A DNA stretch of 64,000 nt from an uncultured Muribaculaceae bacterium (GTDB lineage Bacteria; Bacteroidota; Bacteroidia; Bacteroidales; Muribaculaceae). Numbering within the stretch: the stretch's first letter is position 1; each line of letters starts with the position of its first letter. Below are positions 27,699 to 37,914 of the stretch, in pieces. Below the pieces are notes generated by a model, which saw only the letters and a list, made by a program, of their open reading frames with translations, was not told the DNA's origin and made no database searches. Location: contig CAJUBC010000006.1 of the NCBI GenBank assembly GCA_910584545.1, positions 2,225 to 66,224 on the forward strand. Reading direction: 5' to 3'. Both the position numbers and the translations under genes were made by a program.

Positions 27699-30600
27699 TT
27701 ATTCTGCCGATGTCTGTTTCTCAAGGAGTCGGCGGCGCTTGCGGCGGATGTTTTTCACGCCGTTGCTTGCGAAGACGCAGTAAAGCGTGGGCACGAAGAG
27801 CAGCGTGAGGATGGTGGAGAAGGTCAGACCTCCGATCACGGCCACACCCATCGGGCGCCAGAGCTCGGAGCCCTCGCCCGTACCAATCGCCATCGGCACC
27901 ATACCGAGGATGGTGGTCAGGGTGGTCATCACAACAGGGCGTAGACGCGAGCGTCCTCCGTCGATCACGGCACGGCGTATCGACATGCCGCGCTCTCGGT
28001 TCAGCGTTATGTAGTCGATGAGCACGATACCGTTCTTCACCACGATACCGATAAGCATGATGGCTCCGATCATCGACATGATGTTGAGCGTATGTCCGGT
28101 GATCCAGAGGATGAGGAACACTCCTGAGAACGCGAACAGAAGGGATGTCATGATGATTCCCGGGTAGGTGAAGCTCTCGAACTGTGCGGCCATCACGATG
28201 TAGACCAGTACGATGATGAGCAGACCGAGCGAGAGCAGGTCGGAGAATGAATCCTGCTGGTCCTCGTAGGAACCGGCGAGCTCTATCGATACTCCTGCCG
28301 GCAGATGGATGTCGGCCATCTGGGCCTGGGTGGCAGTGACGACATCACTCATCGGCACTCCGTCGACCACGGCCGATACCGTGATGAGTCGCTCGCGGTC
28401 CTTACGCTCGATGGTAGGCGGCGTGAAGCGCTCGACTACCGTGCCCAGTTCTTTCAGACGCACTCCCTGGCCCGATGAGCCGTATATCACGATGTTCTCG
28501 ATGTCGGAGATCTCCGTGCGGTTCTCGGGCGCGTACATCACCTTCACGTCATACTCCTCGCCATCCTCGCGGTACTGTGTGGCTGTCGCGCCGTTGATGC
28601 GGTTGCGCAGGTAGAATGCCGCGGTCTGGAGGTTGATGCCGTACATGGAGAGTTTCTCGCGGTCGAAATCAACCTGGTATTCCGGCTGGTAGTCGGAGCG
28701 GGAGATACGCACGTCGGCCGTACCGTGCACTCCCTTCAGGATCTGGACGAGCATTCTCGCCACGGAGTCGGTCTCCTCGAAATCATAGCCGTAAATCTCA
28801 TAGTCGAGGGTGGACTGGCCTCCCATGCCGCCGCCACCGCCGCCGACGTTCACCTGAACCTTGCGGAAGTCGGGGTAACTCTCCTGGATATCCTTACGCA
28901 TCGAGGCTGCGATCTCCTGGATGTTGCGGTCGCGCTTGTCGGAGGGAGAGAGGCGGATGTTCATGCTGATGATGTGCGGGCCGTTGTCGGAGAGCGAGGC
29001 GAACGTGTTGTCGGAGCTTGCCGGACCCACAGTGTAGGAACTCACCTCTATCTCCGGGTATTTGCTGCGCCAGAGGCTGTCGAGCGATGATGTCACCTCC
29101 TGGGCGTATTCCACGCGCGAGCCGATAGGCAGCTGCAGGTTGACGCCGATTCGGCCGTTGTCCTGCGTCGGGAAGAACTCCGTGCCGACACCCTTCATCA
29201 GGAAGATGGAGCCTATGAAGATGCCGAGACAGATCAGGATCGTCACGGTGCGGTGGCCGACAACCGTGCGGAGAAGACGGGCATAGCCGTTGTCGAACGA
29301 GTCAAGGCCGCGGTTGATATACTTGAAGAGACCCTTGCTCGGCTTGCCGTCGTTGCGGAGCCGGAGCCACTGCGAGCAGAGCATCGGAGTGAGCGAGAGG
29401 GCGCAGGTGGTGGAGATGATCATCATGATGGTCACCATCCATCCGAGCTGGCGGAACATCACTCCGGTCATGCCGGTGACGAGCGTCAGCGGGAAGAACA
29501 CCGCGATAAGCGTAAGAGTGGAGGCGATGACGGAGATGGCCACCTCGTTGGTGCCGTGTACCGCAGCCTGCTTCGGATGCGCGCCGCGTTCTATATGGGT
29601 CGTGACGTTCTCGAGCACCACGATGGCATCGTCCACCACCATGCCGATCGATATCGAGAGGGCCGACAGCGAGATGATGTTAAGCGAGTTGCCGGTGGCG
29701 TAAAGGTATATGAACGAGGCGATGAGCGATACCGGGATGGTGATCACGATGATGAGCGTGGCTCGCCAGCGTCCGAGGAATAAGAACACCACGAGGGTCA
29801 CGAAGAGGAGGGCGTAGAGCACGGTCTCAACCAGCGAGGAGATGGTGTTTCGGATGTTGTCTGAGGTGTCGACGATCACGCCGAGCCTGATGTCGGAGGG
29901 CAGGTTCTTCTCCAGACGGGGAAGCATCTCCTTCACTTTGTCGGAGATCTGCACGGAGTTTGCGCCGCTCTGCTTCTGGATCACGATGATGGCACCCTCC
30001 TGGCCGTTGATGTACGACTGCTGGGTGCGCTCCTCGAGGCTGTCCTCCACGCGGGCCACGTCATGGAGATAGACGGTCTTCCCCTGGAAGGAGCCGACGG
30101 GTATGTCGCGCAGCTGTGACGCGTCCTCGAACTCGCCCTGCACGCGGAGTGCGTAAGTGTTGGAGCCGATGTCGAACGAGCCGCCGGGCACGTTGCGGTT
30201 CTCGGCGCCGATCACGCTGGAGAGCTGCTCCACGGTCATGTTGTAGGCTTCGAGGCGGTTGGGGTCGGCGTAGACGTGGATCTCGCGCTTTGGCGCGCCG
30301 GAGATCGACACGGTGCCGACACCGTCGATACGCGCCAGCGGGTTGGCTATGTTCTCGTCGAGGATCTTGTAGAGCCCCGGAAGACTCTCCGACGCCTGCA
30401 CCGACAGCAGGCAGATAGGAATCATGTCGGTGGAGAACTTGAAGATGATCGGGTTCTGCGAATCATCTGGGAGCATCGACTCTACCATGTCCAGCTTGTC
30501 CCTGACATCGTTTGTGAGCACGTCTATGTCGTATCCGTATTCGAATTCAAGCGTTATCACCGAGGTGTTCTCGCGCGAGGTGGAGGAGATATGCTTCAGG

Positions 30601-30827
30601 TGCTCCACCGAGTTGAGCGCGTTCTCGAGGGGTTTGGTCACGTTCTGCTCTATATCCTTGGCGCTTGCTCCGGGGTACATCGTGATCACCATGATGGTGT
30701 TCGTATCGATGTCCGGATACAGGTCGATCGGGAGCTTCGTCAGAGAGAAGAGACCCAGGATGATCACTGTCACGAACACAAGGAGCGTGGTGATCGGGCG
30801 TTTTACCGCCGAACTGTATAGACTCAT
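27699..30827 (-). CDS. RND efflux transporter permease (AcrB/AcrD/AcrF family)
   Basis: 'GMVVDDAIVVLEN', 'GIVVKNGIVL' and 'RLRPVVMT'. 1042 aa. Confidence 0.95.
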   Translation of the reverse strand: MSLYSSAVKRPITTLLVFVTVIILGLFSLTKLPIDLYPDIDTNTIMVITMYPGASAKDIEQNVTKPLENALNSVEHLKHISSTSRENTSVITLEFEYGYDIDVLTNDVRDKLDMVESMLPDDSQNPIIFKFSTDMIPICLLSVQASESLPGLYKILDENIANPLARIDGVGTVSISGAPKREIHVYADPNRLEAYNMTVEQLSSVIGAENRNVPGGSFDIGSNTYALRVQGEFEDASQLRDIPVGSFQGKTVYLHDVARVEDSLEERTQQSYINGQEGAIIVIQKQSGANSVQISDKVKEMLPRLEKNLPSDIRLGVIVDTSDNIRNTISSLVETVLYALLFVTLVVFLFLGRWRATLIIVITIPVSLIASFIYLYATGNSLNIISLSALSISIGMVVDDAIVVLENVTTHIERGAHPKQAAVHGTNEVAISVIASTLTLIAVFFPLTLVTGMTGVMFRQLGWMVTIMMIISTTCALSLTPMLCSQWLRLRNDGKPSKGLFKYINRGLDSFDNGYARLLRTVVGHRTVTILICLGIFIGSIFLMKGVGTEFFPTQDNGRIGVNLQLPIGSRVEYAQEVTSSLDSLWRSKYPEIEVSSYTVGPASSDNTFASLSDNGPHIISMNIRLSPSDKRDRNIQEIAASMRKDIQESYPDFRKVQVNVGGGGGGMGGQSTLDYEIYGYDFEETDSVARMLVQILKGVHGTADVRISRSDYQPEYQVDFDREKLSMYGINLQTAAFYLRNRINGATATQYREDGEEYDVKVMYAPENRTEISDIENIVIYGSSGQGVRLKELGTVVERFTPPTIERKDRERLITVSAVVDGVPMSDVVTATQAQMADIHLPAGVSIELAGSYEDQQDSFSDLLSLGLLIIVLVYIVMAAQFESFTYPGIIMTSLLFAFSGVFLILWITGHTLNIMSMIGAIMLIGIVVKNGIVLIDYITLNRERGMSIRRAVIDGGRSRLRPVVMTTLTTILGMVPMAIGTGEGSELWRPMGVAVIGGLTFSTILTLLFVPTLYCVFASNGVKNIRRKRRRLLEKQTSAE

Positions 30828-30905
30828 CTGAATAAGTTTATTCTTGTCGTCAGGCTGCGTGCCTGCGCGTTTGTTTCTATTCGTCAGGCGTGGGCCTGCG
30901 CGGTA

Positions 30906-31964
30906 TTATTTAGCTATGTTCACTTTTGCGCCGTTGGAGAGCTGCGCGTGGCCGTTCACCACCACCTGCGCGCCCGACTCCACGCCGGAGATGAGCTCGT
31001 AGCGGTCGCCGAGCCTCTGGCCTAATTCCACCTTGCTGTACTTCACCGTGCCGTCTTTCTGATATACGTACACATAGTGGTTGCCTGACCCCTGCTGCTT
31101 CACCACGGCCTTGTCGGGCACGACCACGCGGTCGGCCTTGCCGAGGTTGAGGTGAACGCGTCCGAACATGCCGGGGAGGATCTTGCCGCCGGGGTTGGGA
31201 AGTGTTATCTCCACGCCGAAGGTGCGGGTGGCTGCGTCGACGGTAGGCATGATGGCGGCCACGCGTCCCAGGAAGGTCTCGTCGCCGTAGGTGTCGAAGG
31301 TTACGGTTGCCGGCATTCCTTTGGTGATTCGGGGCAGCTCGCTCTCTGTGGCGTTGATCACGATCTTGACGGGATTGGTGCGGGCCACTGTGAGGATCGG
31401 AGACTGGCCGGGCATGTCGCCCGGGTCATAGTTGCGTTTGGTTACCACTCCCGAGATGGGCGATGTGAGCACGGTGTTCTCTCGGGCGTTGCGCAGGGCG
31501 CGCTGCGCCGTGGCGAGGGCGTTCTTGGCGTTGATGAGCTGTATCTCCATCTGGTCTACCTGCTGCTTGGTGCCGCCGCCTATCTTGTAGAGCTCGAGGG
31601 CGCGGTTGTAGTTCACCTCGATATTCTTGAGGCTTGCCTTGGCGTTGTCCACCTGTGTCTCGTAGCTGAAGAGGCTCACGTCGTCGAGCACCACGAGGCG
31701 CTGCCCCTTGCTGACGTTCTGGCCTTCGTCCACGAGTATCTGCTTGATGCGGGTGGGGGTGGATGATACTATGTTGTTGAACACTTCAGGCTCCACAGTG
31801 GCTGTGTACTGGGCGTCCTGGTTCACGGTTTCGTTGTGTACAGTCTGGAGCCGTACTGTCGGCACTGTCTCCGTATTGGCTGTCTCTTCGGCTTTCTTGC
31901 CGCCGCCGTTGCATCCGGCAAGCACCAGAAGCGAGAGGAGCGGGAGGATAAACTGTTTTTTCAT
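30906..31964 (-). CDS. RND efflux periplasmic adaptor (MFP) lipoprotein
   Basis: Lipobox LAGC, lipoyl-like 'VDEGQNVSKGQ', 'SPISGVV' and 'LPGMFGRV'. Confidence 0.93.
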   Translation of the reverse strand: MKKQFILPLLSLLVLAGCNGGGKKAEETANTETVPTVRLQTVHNETVNQDAQYTATVEPEVFNNIVSSTPTRIKQILVDEGQNVSKGQRLVVLDDVSLFSYETQVDNAKASLKNIEVNYNRALELYKIGGGTKQQVDQMEIQLINAKNALATAQRALRNARENTVLTSPISGVVTKRNYDPGDMPGQSPILTVARTNPVKIVINATESELPRITKGMPATVTFDTYGDETFLGRVAAIMPTVDAATRTFGVEITLPNPGGKILPGMFGRVHLNLGKADRVVVPDKAVVKQQGSGNHYVYVYQKDGTVKYSKVELGQRLGDRYELISGVESGAQVVVNGHAQLSNGAKVNIAK

Positions 31965-31978
31965 GAGTTTGTATGGTC

Positions 31979-33340
31979 TTATTTTGCGGTATTGTACTGT
32001 GCGATTCCGAGAGCGTCCTCGCGGCCGAGGAGCGTGTCGAGTTCGCTGGTCGACACAAGGTAGTTGTATATGGCCTGCAGGTACGCGAGCTGTGCCGAGG
32101 TGTTGGCGAGCTCCGCGTCGCGCAGGTCGAGGTAGGAGGCCGCTCCTATCTCGAAGCTTTTCTGCATTATCTCATTGGCCTTGGCTGCCTGACGCACGCC
32201 TTCCTCGCTCGAGGAGATCTGGCGCACCTCCTTGTCGATGTTGTCGAGTGCGAGTCTCACCTGCATCCTCAGCGCGCTCTCCGCATTCTCGCGGTTGAGC
32301 TGCAGTTCCTTATACTGTATCTCGGCCTGTTTCACTGCATTGAGACGTCCGAGACCGTTGAATATCGGCACTGAGAGCGCCAACGAGACGGTTGAGTAGG
32401 GGTTGAAGCGCTGATCGCGGAAGGCGTTGCCGGAGCTCATCGCGTTCCAGTTCATATTGTAGGTTGCCGCGAGCGATGGAATCCATGCGAACTTCTTGAG
32501 CGTGAGATTCTGCTTGAGTAGTTTGTCCTGGATGGCGAGGGTGCGCATAGTGGTGTTGTCCTTGAGCGACATGCCGGAGGCTCCGAGCGAGTATCCGTAC
32601 ATCTCGCGCTGCATGTCGCGGAGCGTCACGTCGGGACGTATCTCCACGGCATCGTCCATTCCCATCAGCACCTTGAGCTGGAGCGCGCACTGACGGATGG
32701 CGATGTCGGCCTGCAGGAGTTCCGGCTCGAGGTTCTTGACTGCCACCGAGGTGCGTAGCACATCGTACTCCGATGCGGTACCGGCGGCGAACTGCTTCTT
32801 GTATATATCGGCGTTGGTGATTGCCACGTCATAGTTGGCTCGGACCACGTCTCGCGAGGCGATGGCAAGAAGCCAGGAGTAGTATGCCTTGTTCACGTTG
32901 TTGACCATGTCGAGCCGCGAGCCGCGCGCCTCTTCGAGCGTGGCGAGGATCTGGGTATCGCTTATCTGAATCGCTTTCCAGAGGGTGGCGTTCACTAAGG
33001 GCATCGCGGCGCTGAACCCGAGGTTCCATACGTTGTCGGTACCCATCTTGAACTGCTGTGACTGTCCCCCCATGTTCATGGAGATGGTCTGTAGCTCTAT
33101 GGCGCGCTGGTACGCCGCCTGGAAGTCGATGGATGGATAGAGGCTGCCGGTGGTCTCGCGTCTCGCGTAGACCATCCGCTTCACTTCCAGGTCTGCCACC
33201 TTGATGGTGGGGTTCTCACTGAGTGCTATCTCCACGCATTTGTTGCGTGAAAGCGTCAGCGTGTCCTGCATGGCGTACGAAGTCCCGGTGAACAGGAGGG
33301 CCGTAAGCAACGCCGTGAGAAATCTTGTTGATGATGTCAT
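31979..33340 (-). CDS. TolC-family outer-membrane efflux protein
   Basis: 'ALSENPTIK', 'AGTASEYDVL', 'LSVPIFNG' and 'GAASYLDLRDAE'. Confidence 0.92.
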   Translation of the reverse strand: MTSSTRFLTALLTALLFTGTSYAMQDTLTLSRNKCVEIALSENPTIKVADLEVKRMVYARRETTGSLYPSIDFQAAYQRAIELQTISMNMGGQSQQFKMGTDNVWNLGFSAAMPLVNATLWKAIQISDTQILATLEEARGSRLDMVNNVNKAYYSWLLAIASRDVVRANYDVAITNADIYKKQFAAGTASEYDVLRTSVAVKNLEPELLQADIAIRQCALQLKVLMGMDDAVEIRPDVTLRDMQREMYGYSLGASGMSLKDNTTMRTLAIQDKLLKQNLTLKKFAWIPSLAATYNMNWNAMSSGNAFRDQRFNPYSTVSLALSVPIFNGLGRLNAVKQAEIQYKELQLNRENAESALRMQVRLALDNIDKEVRQISSSEEGVRQAAKANEIMQKSFEIGAASYLDLRDAELANTSAQLAYLQAIYNYLVSTSELDTLLGREDALGIAQYNTAK

Positions 33341-33356
33341 GACTCTTATTTTGATT

Positions 33357-34145
33357 TTATCCTTGTTTTCTTAAGTCTGTTGCGGAATTGTTCGTGACCT
33401 TATTCCGCAGGCTGGAATCGCCTCTCTCTTTCTGAGATTTGTCAAGTATCACTGCGGGAGTGTGCGGGCTTATGAACCTGTGGCTGATTTTGTCGAGCTG
33501 GTACATGCCCTTGTGTGAGGCGATGCAGCGGAGGAAGCCGATGCCGATGGTGCCGAGAGCTTCTCCGAGACTTATTCCGGCCGGGAAGAATTCCTCCATG
33601 CGCTTGAGGCTTTCCATCTGCACGCGTACCATATCGATCGTGACGGGATAGTTCACGTCGGTACGGAACACTCCCTGACGGACCCCTTCCTGGCATGCTT
33701 CGAGCATATATTTCGAGAAATGGGCCGATGATTCGTATTTGTCTCGCAGCGCGTGGTAGCGTACGTCCATGTCGAAGAAGAATTTGGGATTGACCTCGCT
33801 TATGAATTCTATGTGGTACAGAAACACATTGGCGATGGCTTCCATCATGTTGGCCGTGCGGCTCACGATCTCCTTGATCTTGGCTCCGTGTATTGTGCGG
33901 TGGCTGACGATCACTTCTGCCAGCATCTCGTCTTTGCTTCCGAATATCTCGTAAAGGGTACGTTTGGACATGCCGAGGCGCTGGGCTACGTAGTCCATCG
34001 TCGTGGCCTTAGGTCCCTTCCGGATTATGATGGAGAATATCGCGGCTACAAGACCGTCGTATTGCTCCTTGGTTAAATCTGTCTTCTGCATCTTGATGGT
34101 TCTGTCGTTGATCGCTTTCTCGGTCTCTTCCCCTGATCCTTTCAT
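33357..34145 (-). CDS. TetR/AcrR-family regulator of the efflux operon
   Basis: HTH 'GPKATTMDYVAQRLGMSKRTLYEIFGSKDEML'. First gene of the operon. Start may be downstream. Confidence 0.9.
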   Translation of the reverse strand: MKGSGEETEKAINDRTIKMQKTDLTKEQYDGLVAAIFSIIIRKGPKATTMDYVAQRLGMSKRTLYEIFGSKDEMLAEVIVSHRTIHGAKIKEIVSRTANMMEAIANVFLYHIEFISEVNPKFFFDMDVRYHALRDKYESSAHFSKYMLEACQEGVRQGVFRTDVNYPVTIDMVRVQMESLKRMEEFFPAGISLGEALGTIGIGFLRCIASHKGMYQLDKISHRFISPHTPAVILDKSQKERGDSSLRNKVTNNSATDLRKQG

Positions 34146-34219
34146 CCGGAGATGGCTTCATATATATCTTCATATATAAAGTGTAATCCGGGAAATAGGA
34201 CCGTTACGGTTTCGGGTTG

Positions 34220-34268
34220 CAAAATTAATAAAAAACTCAAAAACCGCAAAACGTTTTTTGAGTTTTTT
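34220..34268 (-). promoter_or_regulatory. Promoter of the tetR-efflux operon overlapped by a 17-bp inverted repeat (candidate operator)
   Basis: Minus strand TTTG-N19-TAATTTTG. Inverted repeat aaaaaactcaaaaaccg (34230-34246) / cgttttttgagtttttt (34252-34268). Confidence 0.6.
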
Positions 34269-34513
34269 GCATTCCTCCCAATCGTGTGGTCGATTTCCAT
34301 TAATGACGCTATTGCACTTTTCTCTGCAATTTAGGTGCTCTTAAAAAATGTTTGCATATTTTAATAATAATTTTTTGGATATTTGGAAACAATTATGTTA
34401 CTTTGCAACCGAAAAACCGGCTTCTACGTCTGCGTCTGTCCGCGGTCATCCGCGAAGACCGGAATTATCAATCCAATGCCTTATACAACAACTTTAAAAC
34501 AGTATTATACAAC

Positions 34514-35962
34514 ATGCAATCGAGATTACTATTATCAGCAGTTCTTGCATCCGGAGTCGTGACAGCCGGAGCAGCAGAGTTCTACACCACCGATAAGCTC
34601 GGTGAAGTCTATGGAGTGTCCGATAACGGAAGATATGCCGCTATCGCCGACATAGAGAATCAGGTCTCCTATCTCTGGGATTCCGAGAATCCGACGGAGT
34701 TCACACTTCTGGAAGGTCTCTATGCGAAGTCGGAGGCATACGATGTCTCTGACGGCGGTATGATCGTCGGCTCGGTATACAATGCCGGCAAATGGATTCC
34801 AGCCTACACCGACGAGAACGGCGACTGGCAGCTCCTCCCCGTGACCGCGAACTTCATCAATATCGGGTACGCGACCAACGTGACTCCCGACGGCAGCATA
34901 ATCGTTGGCTATATGACCGACAAGGATCCCGATCCAATGAATTCGTCCGGCAAGCGCAACTATCCCTGCAAGTGGACCAAAGGTGCCGACGGCAGCTGGG
35001 AGCTCACCTCCTACAACACTATCGATATCCCTGACCATCAGGGTTTCTTCACTACCTGCTTCCTCCAGAAGGACGGGCATGAAATCATCGGCGGATATGT
35101 CTTCACCAACTGGGGCGGCGTGACCAACGTGCTCCTCGTGGACGGCGAGCTCAAGATCTGGAACAAGATGGAGTGGCGAATGAATCCCTGGATATACAAA
35201 GGCAAGTATGAGGGTACCGACGAGAACGGCAAGCAGATCTGGCTCGACGATCCCAACGACCCCCGCGTGAACAAGTATCCCGAGGCGTATATCGACGGTT
35301 TCTACGAGGGCAACGGTGGAGAGGAGGATATGTTCTCCGGCGCGTTCTTCGATTGCGATCAGTTCGGTAACTTCTTCGGAAGCCGCACACAGGTGCGCGA
35401 TGTGCAGGATGACGGCACGGGCCGCCTTCTCCACGGCGCTTCCTATTATGATTTCAACAACGACAAATTCTATGATTACAACGGCGAGGATCCTACTCTC
35501 GGCAAGCAGAAAGCCTTCAGCACCGGTCTCGGCAAAGACTATATCTTCCTTGGCGGCGACAAGGTGCTCGTAGACGGAAAAGAGGAATCCATGACCAAAA
35601 AATGGGGCTTTTCCTCAAACCAGACCATTACCGGAGTGATGAAGCGTTCCGCTGACGGAAAAGTACTCGGAGGCATCACTCAGGAGTTGAATCCCGCTAC
35701 CGGAGAATACCAGTACAGTCCCTTCATGCTCATTCTTGACGAGCCTCTCATCACCCTTGTCGGTGTGGAGAATGTCGAAGGCGAGTCTACCACGGTGGGA
35801 ATTTCCACAGAGCCCGGTATGATTCGCGTGTTTGGCGCGTCGGAGGTCGCTGTATATGACCTCAATGGCCGTCTCGTGGGCAATTCCGGCGCCAACGCGG
35901 TAGCTCCCGGTATCTACGTGGTCAAGGCTGACGGAACGACTCGGAAAGTCGCTGTCAAGTAA
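34514..35962 (+). CDS. Secreted beta-propeller-like protein with T9SS C-terminal sorting domain
   Basis: Signal peptide, repeated 'VSDNGRY / VSDGGMIVG / VTPDGSIIVG / SADGKVLGG' blades, and the tail 'VYDLNGR...PGIYVVK...KVAVK'. Confidence 0.75.
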   Translation: MQSRLLLSAVLASGVVTAGAAEFYTTDKLGEVYGVSDNGRYAAIADIENQVSYLWDSENPTEFTLLEGLYAKSEAYDVSDGGMIVGSVYNAGKWIPAYTDENGDWQLLPVTANFINIGYATNVTPDGSIIVGYMTDKDPDPMNSSGKRNYPCKWTKGADGSWELTSYNTIDIPDHQGFFTTCFLQKDGHEIIGGYVFTNWGGVTNVLLVDGELKIWNKMEWRMNPWIYKGKYEGTDENGKQIWLDDPNDPRVNKYPEAYIDGFYEGNGGEEDMFSGAFFDCDQFGNFFGSRTQVRDVQDDGTGRLLHGASYYDFNNDKFYDYNGEDPTLGKQKAFSTGLGKDYIFLGGDKVLVDGKEESMTKKWGFSSNQTITGVMKRSADGKVLGGITQELNPATGEYQYSPFMLILDEPLITLVGVENVEGESTTVGISTEPGMIRVFGASEVAVYDLNGRLVGNSGANAVAPGIYVVKADGTTRKVAVK

Positions 35963-36055
35963 GCGGCCTGATTCAGGCCATGTCTTGTCGGTATCGTGGG
36001 TCATGATACCGGATAAGTCTTGAAAATTTGTAATAATCTCCTCAAATCCTCAAAA

Positions 36056-37909
36056 ATGAAATCAAGAGGAATAGTATCTATCTTAATGGCGTTGCCGGTG
36101 TGCATGAGTGCATCGGCCGCCATATATTTTAAAGCGGACTTTTCTTCGGGTAAATTCCCGGCCGATATCTCGATCTCTGACGAAGACGGCCTGGCATATG
36201 CCGAAGTATATGGCGTGGAACTTCCCGAGAACGGATGGATGGTGTCGGCGGTGGGCTCCAGGGGCTTTGCTGCCGTCAGTCCGACCCGAAGTCTTGAGGG
36301 AGGCGTGCAGAAGAACAGACTCAGCACCGGTTTCTTCAACGTGGCCGAGAATGGCGCCGTGCTCCGCTGGGCCGGAAAGTCGATTCTCCCCGATATCGCC
36401 GAGAGATATCTCGTGCAGGTTTCGGAGGAAGGCTCGGGAAGCTACAGAACCATCGCGGAAGTCAATGGAGAGAACTATGACTGGACTTTCCATACTGTTT
36501 CTCTCGACGAGTTCTCAGGCAAGGACATCTCGGTCTCGTTCGTGACCGACAGCGGTGACGGTTTCATGGTGGCTCTCGACGATATCATGGCCGGAGTGCC
36601 GGATGACGTGATGCTTGCTGCAGGAAATGAGACCCTTGTCTATTATGGAGCTGTGGCCGATGCCACTGTCAGAGTTTCGGTGACTAATTTCGGCAAGGAC
36701 CTCGATATCGCTTCATTTGTCTGCAAGGCAGATGGAAAGACAGTGGGGGAGACCGCTTTCGGCAAAACCCTTTCACATGGTAAAAGTGTGTATGCGGAGG
36801 TGACCGTCCCCCTTGAGAGGGACGTGCGGATGCAGTACCGGATGTATGCCGTGGATTCGGAAGGGAAAGAGACCGCGCTCTGTTCCGGCGACCTCTTCAG
36901 CAGTGCGTACGAAAGAACGCTTCTGCTCGACAAGGGTACGGGGATGTGGTGCAACAATTGCCCGAAAGGAATCATCACGGCCAACGGCATGAAGCGCCGT
37001 TTCGGCGACAACCTCGTGATTATCGAGACGCATGCCGCTCCGGACCGTCTGCAGTGCGAGGAATACTGGCCCGGTCTGAAATTCTATGCCGTGCCCTATA
37101 TGATGCTCGACCGGAACCGTCAGTCGGCCGGAGAGCTTGACAAGAATTTCGACAAGGAATACTGGGCTCCGGTCAAGGCCGAGATCGTTCCGGTTTCCTG
37201 CGGAATCGGCGGCGATATGGCTACGATCGGTTTTAAGGTCCGTTTCGCGGACGATACCGATAACGCCGCAGACCGATACCGCATCGGGTACGCCGTGACG
37301 CGTCTTTCCTTCCCGGAATCCGTAAAGAAGATTTTCTATCAGCAGAATAGCGTGCAGTCTACGAAATATGACGAGTATTTCTTCCTTCCGAGCAACATTC
37401 CCGCCGAACTCGTCGACTTCCATGACGTGACCGTCGGCGGCCAGTTCGCTTTCGACGGTATCGAGAACTCGCTTCCCGCCTCATTCAGCGCCGGTGTATA
37501 TGCCGATGCTTCGCTGGAAATGTATTGTCCCGATCAGCTTGAGGACATCAAGCGTGGCCGGGTGGTGGCTTACATTCTCGACACCGAGACCGGACGGGTG
37601 CTGAACTGCACCGCTGTCCCTCTTGACGGGAATTTCGTTTCCGGTATCGAGAATCCGGGCGCCGATTCGGATGCATCTTCCTCTCTCGGCATACGGAACA
37701 CCGCTTCAGGCGAATTCATCCTCGCTCTCGGCCCTCCGGAGACCGATTTCATATTCGAGCTGCGCGACATGGCCGGAAGGCTCCTATTCTCTGATAAGGG
37801 TCGCGCAAGCGGTTCGGTAGAGATTCATCCGGAGGTGAATCCAGGTCTTGCGATAGCCACTCTCCGGACATCCCGAGGCTGCGTATCGGCAAAAATAATA
37901 ACTAAATAA
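36056..37909 (+). CDS. T9SS cargo: cleaved-adhesin-like domain + Omp28-like CXXC domain
   Basis: N-terminal adhesin-like 'SLDEFSGKDISVSF..LDDI', 'GTGMWCNNCPKG', and a T9SS-like tail 'DMAGRLL..PGLAIA..KII'. Confidence 0.75.
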   Translation: MKSRGIVSILMALPVCMSASAAIYFKADFSSGKFPADISISDEDGLAYAEVYGVELPENGWMVSAVGSRGFAAVSPTRSLEGGVQKNRLSTGFFNVAENGAVLRWAGKSILPDIAERYLVQVSEEGSGSYRTIAEVNGENYDWTFHTVSLDEFSGKDISVSFVTDSGDGFMVALDDIMAGVPDDVMLAAGNETLVYYGAVADATVRVSVTNFGKDLDIASFVCKADGKTVGETAFGKTLSHGKSVYAEVTVPLERDVRMQYRMYAVDSEGKETALCSGDLFSSAYERTLLLDKGTGMWCNNCPKGIITANGMKRRFGDNLVIIETHAAPDRLQCEEYWPGLKFYAVPYMMLDRNRQSAGELDKNFDKEYWAPVKAEIVPVSCGIGGDMATIGFKVRFADDTDNAADRYRIGYAVTRLSFPESVKKIFYQQNSVQSTKYDEYFFLPSNIPAELVDFHDVTVGGQFAFDGIENSLPASFSAGVYADASLEMYCPDQLEDIKRGRVVAYILDTETGRVLNCTAVPLDGNFVSGIENPGADSDASSSLGIRNTASGEFILALGPPETDFIFELRDMAGRLLFSDKGRASGSVEIHPEVNPGLAIATLRTSRGCVSAKIITK

Positions 37910-37914
37910 CAGGA

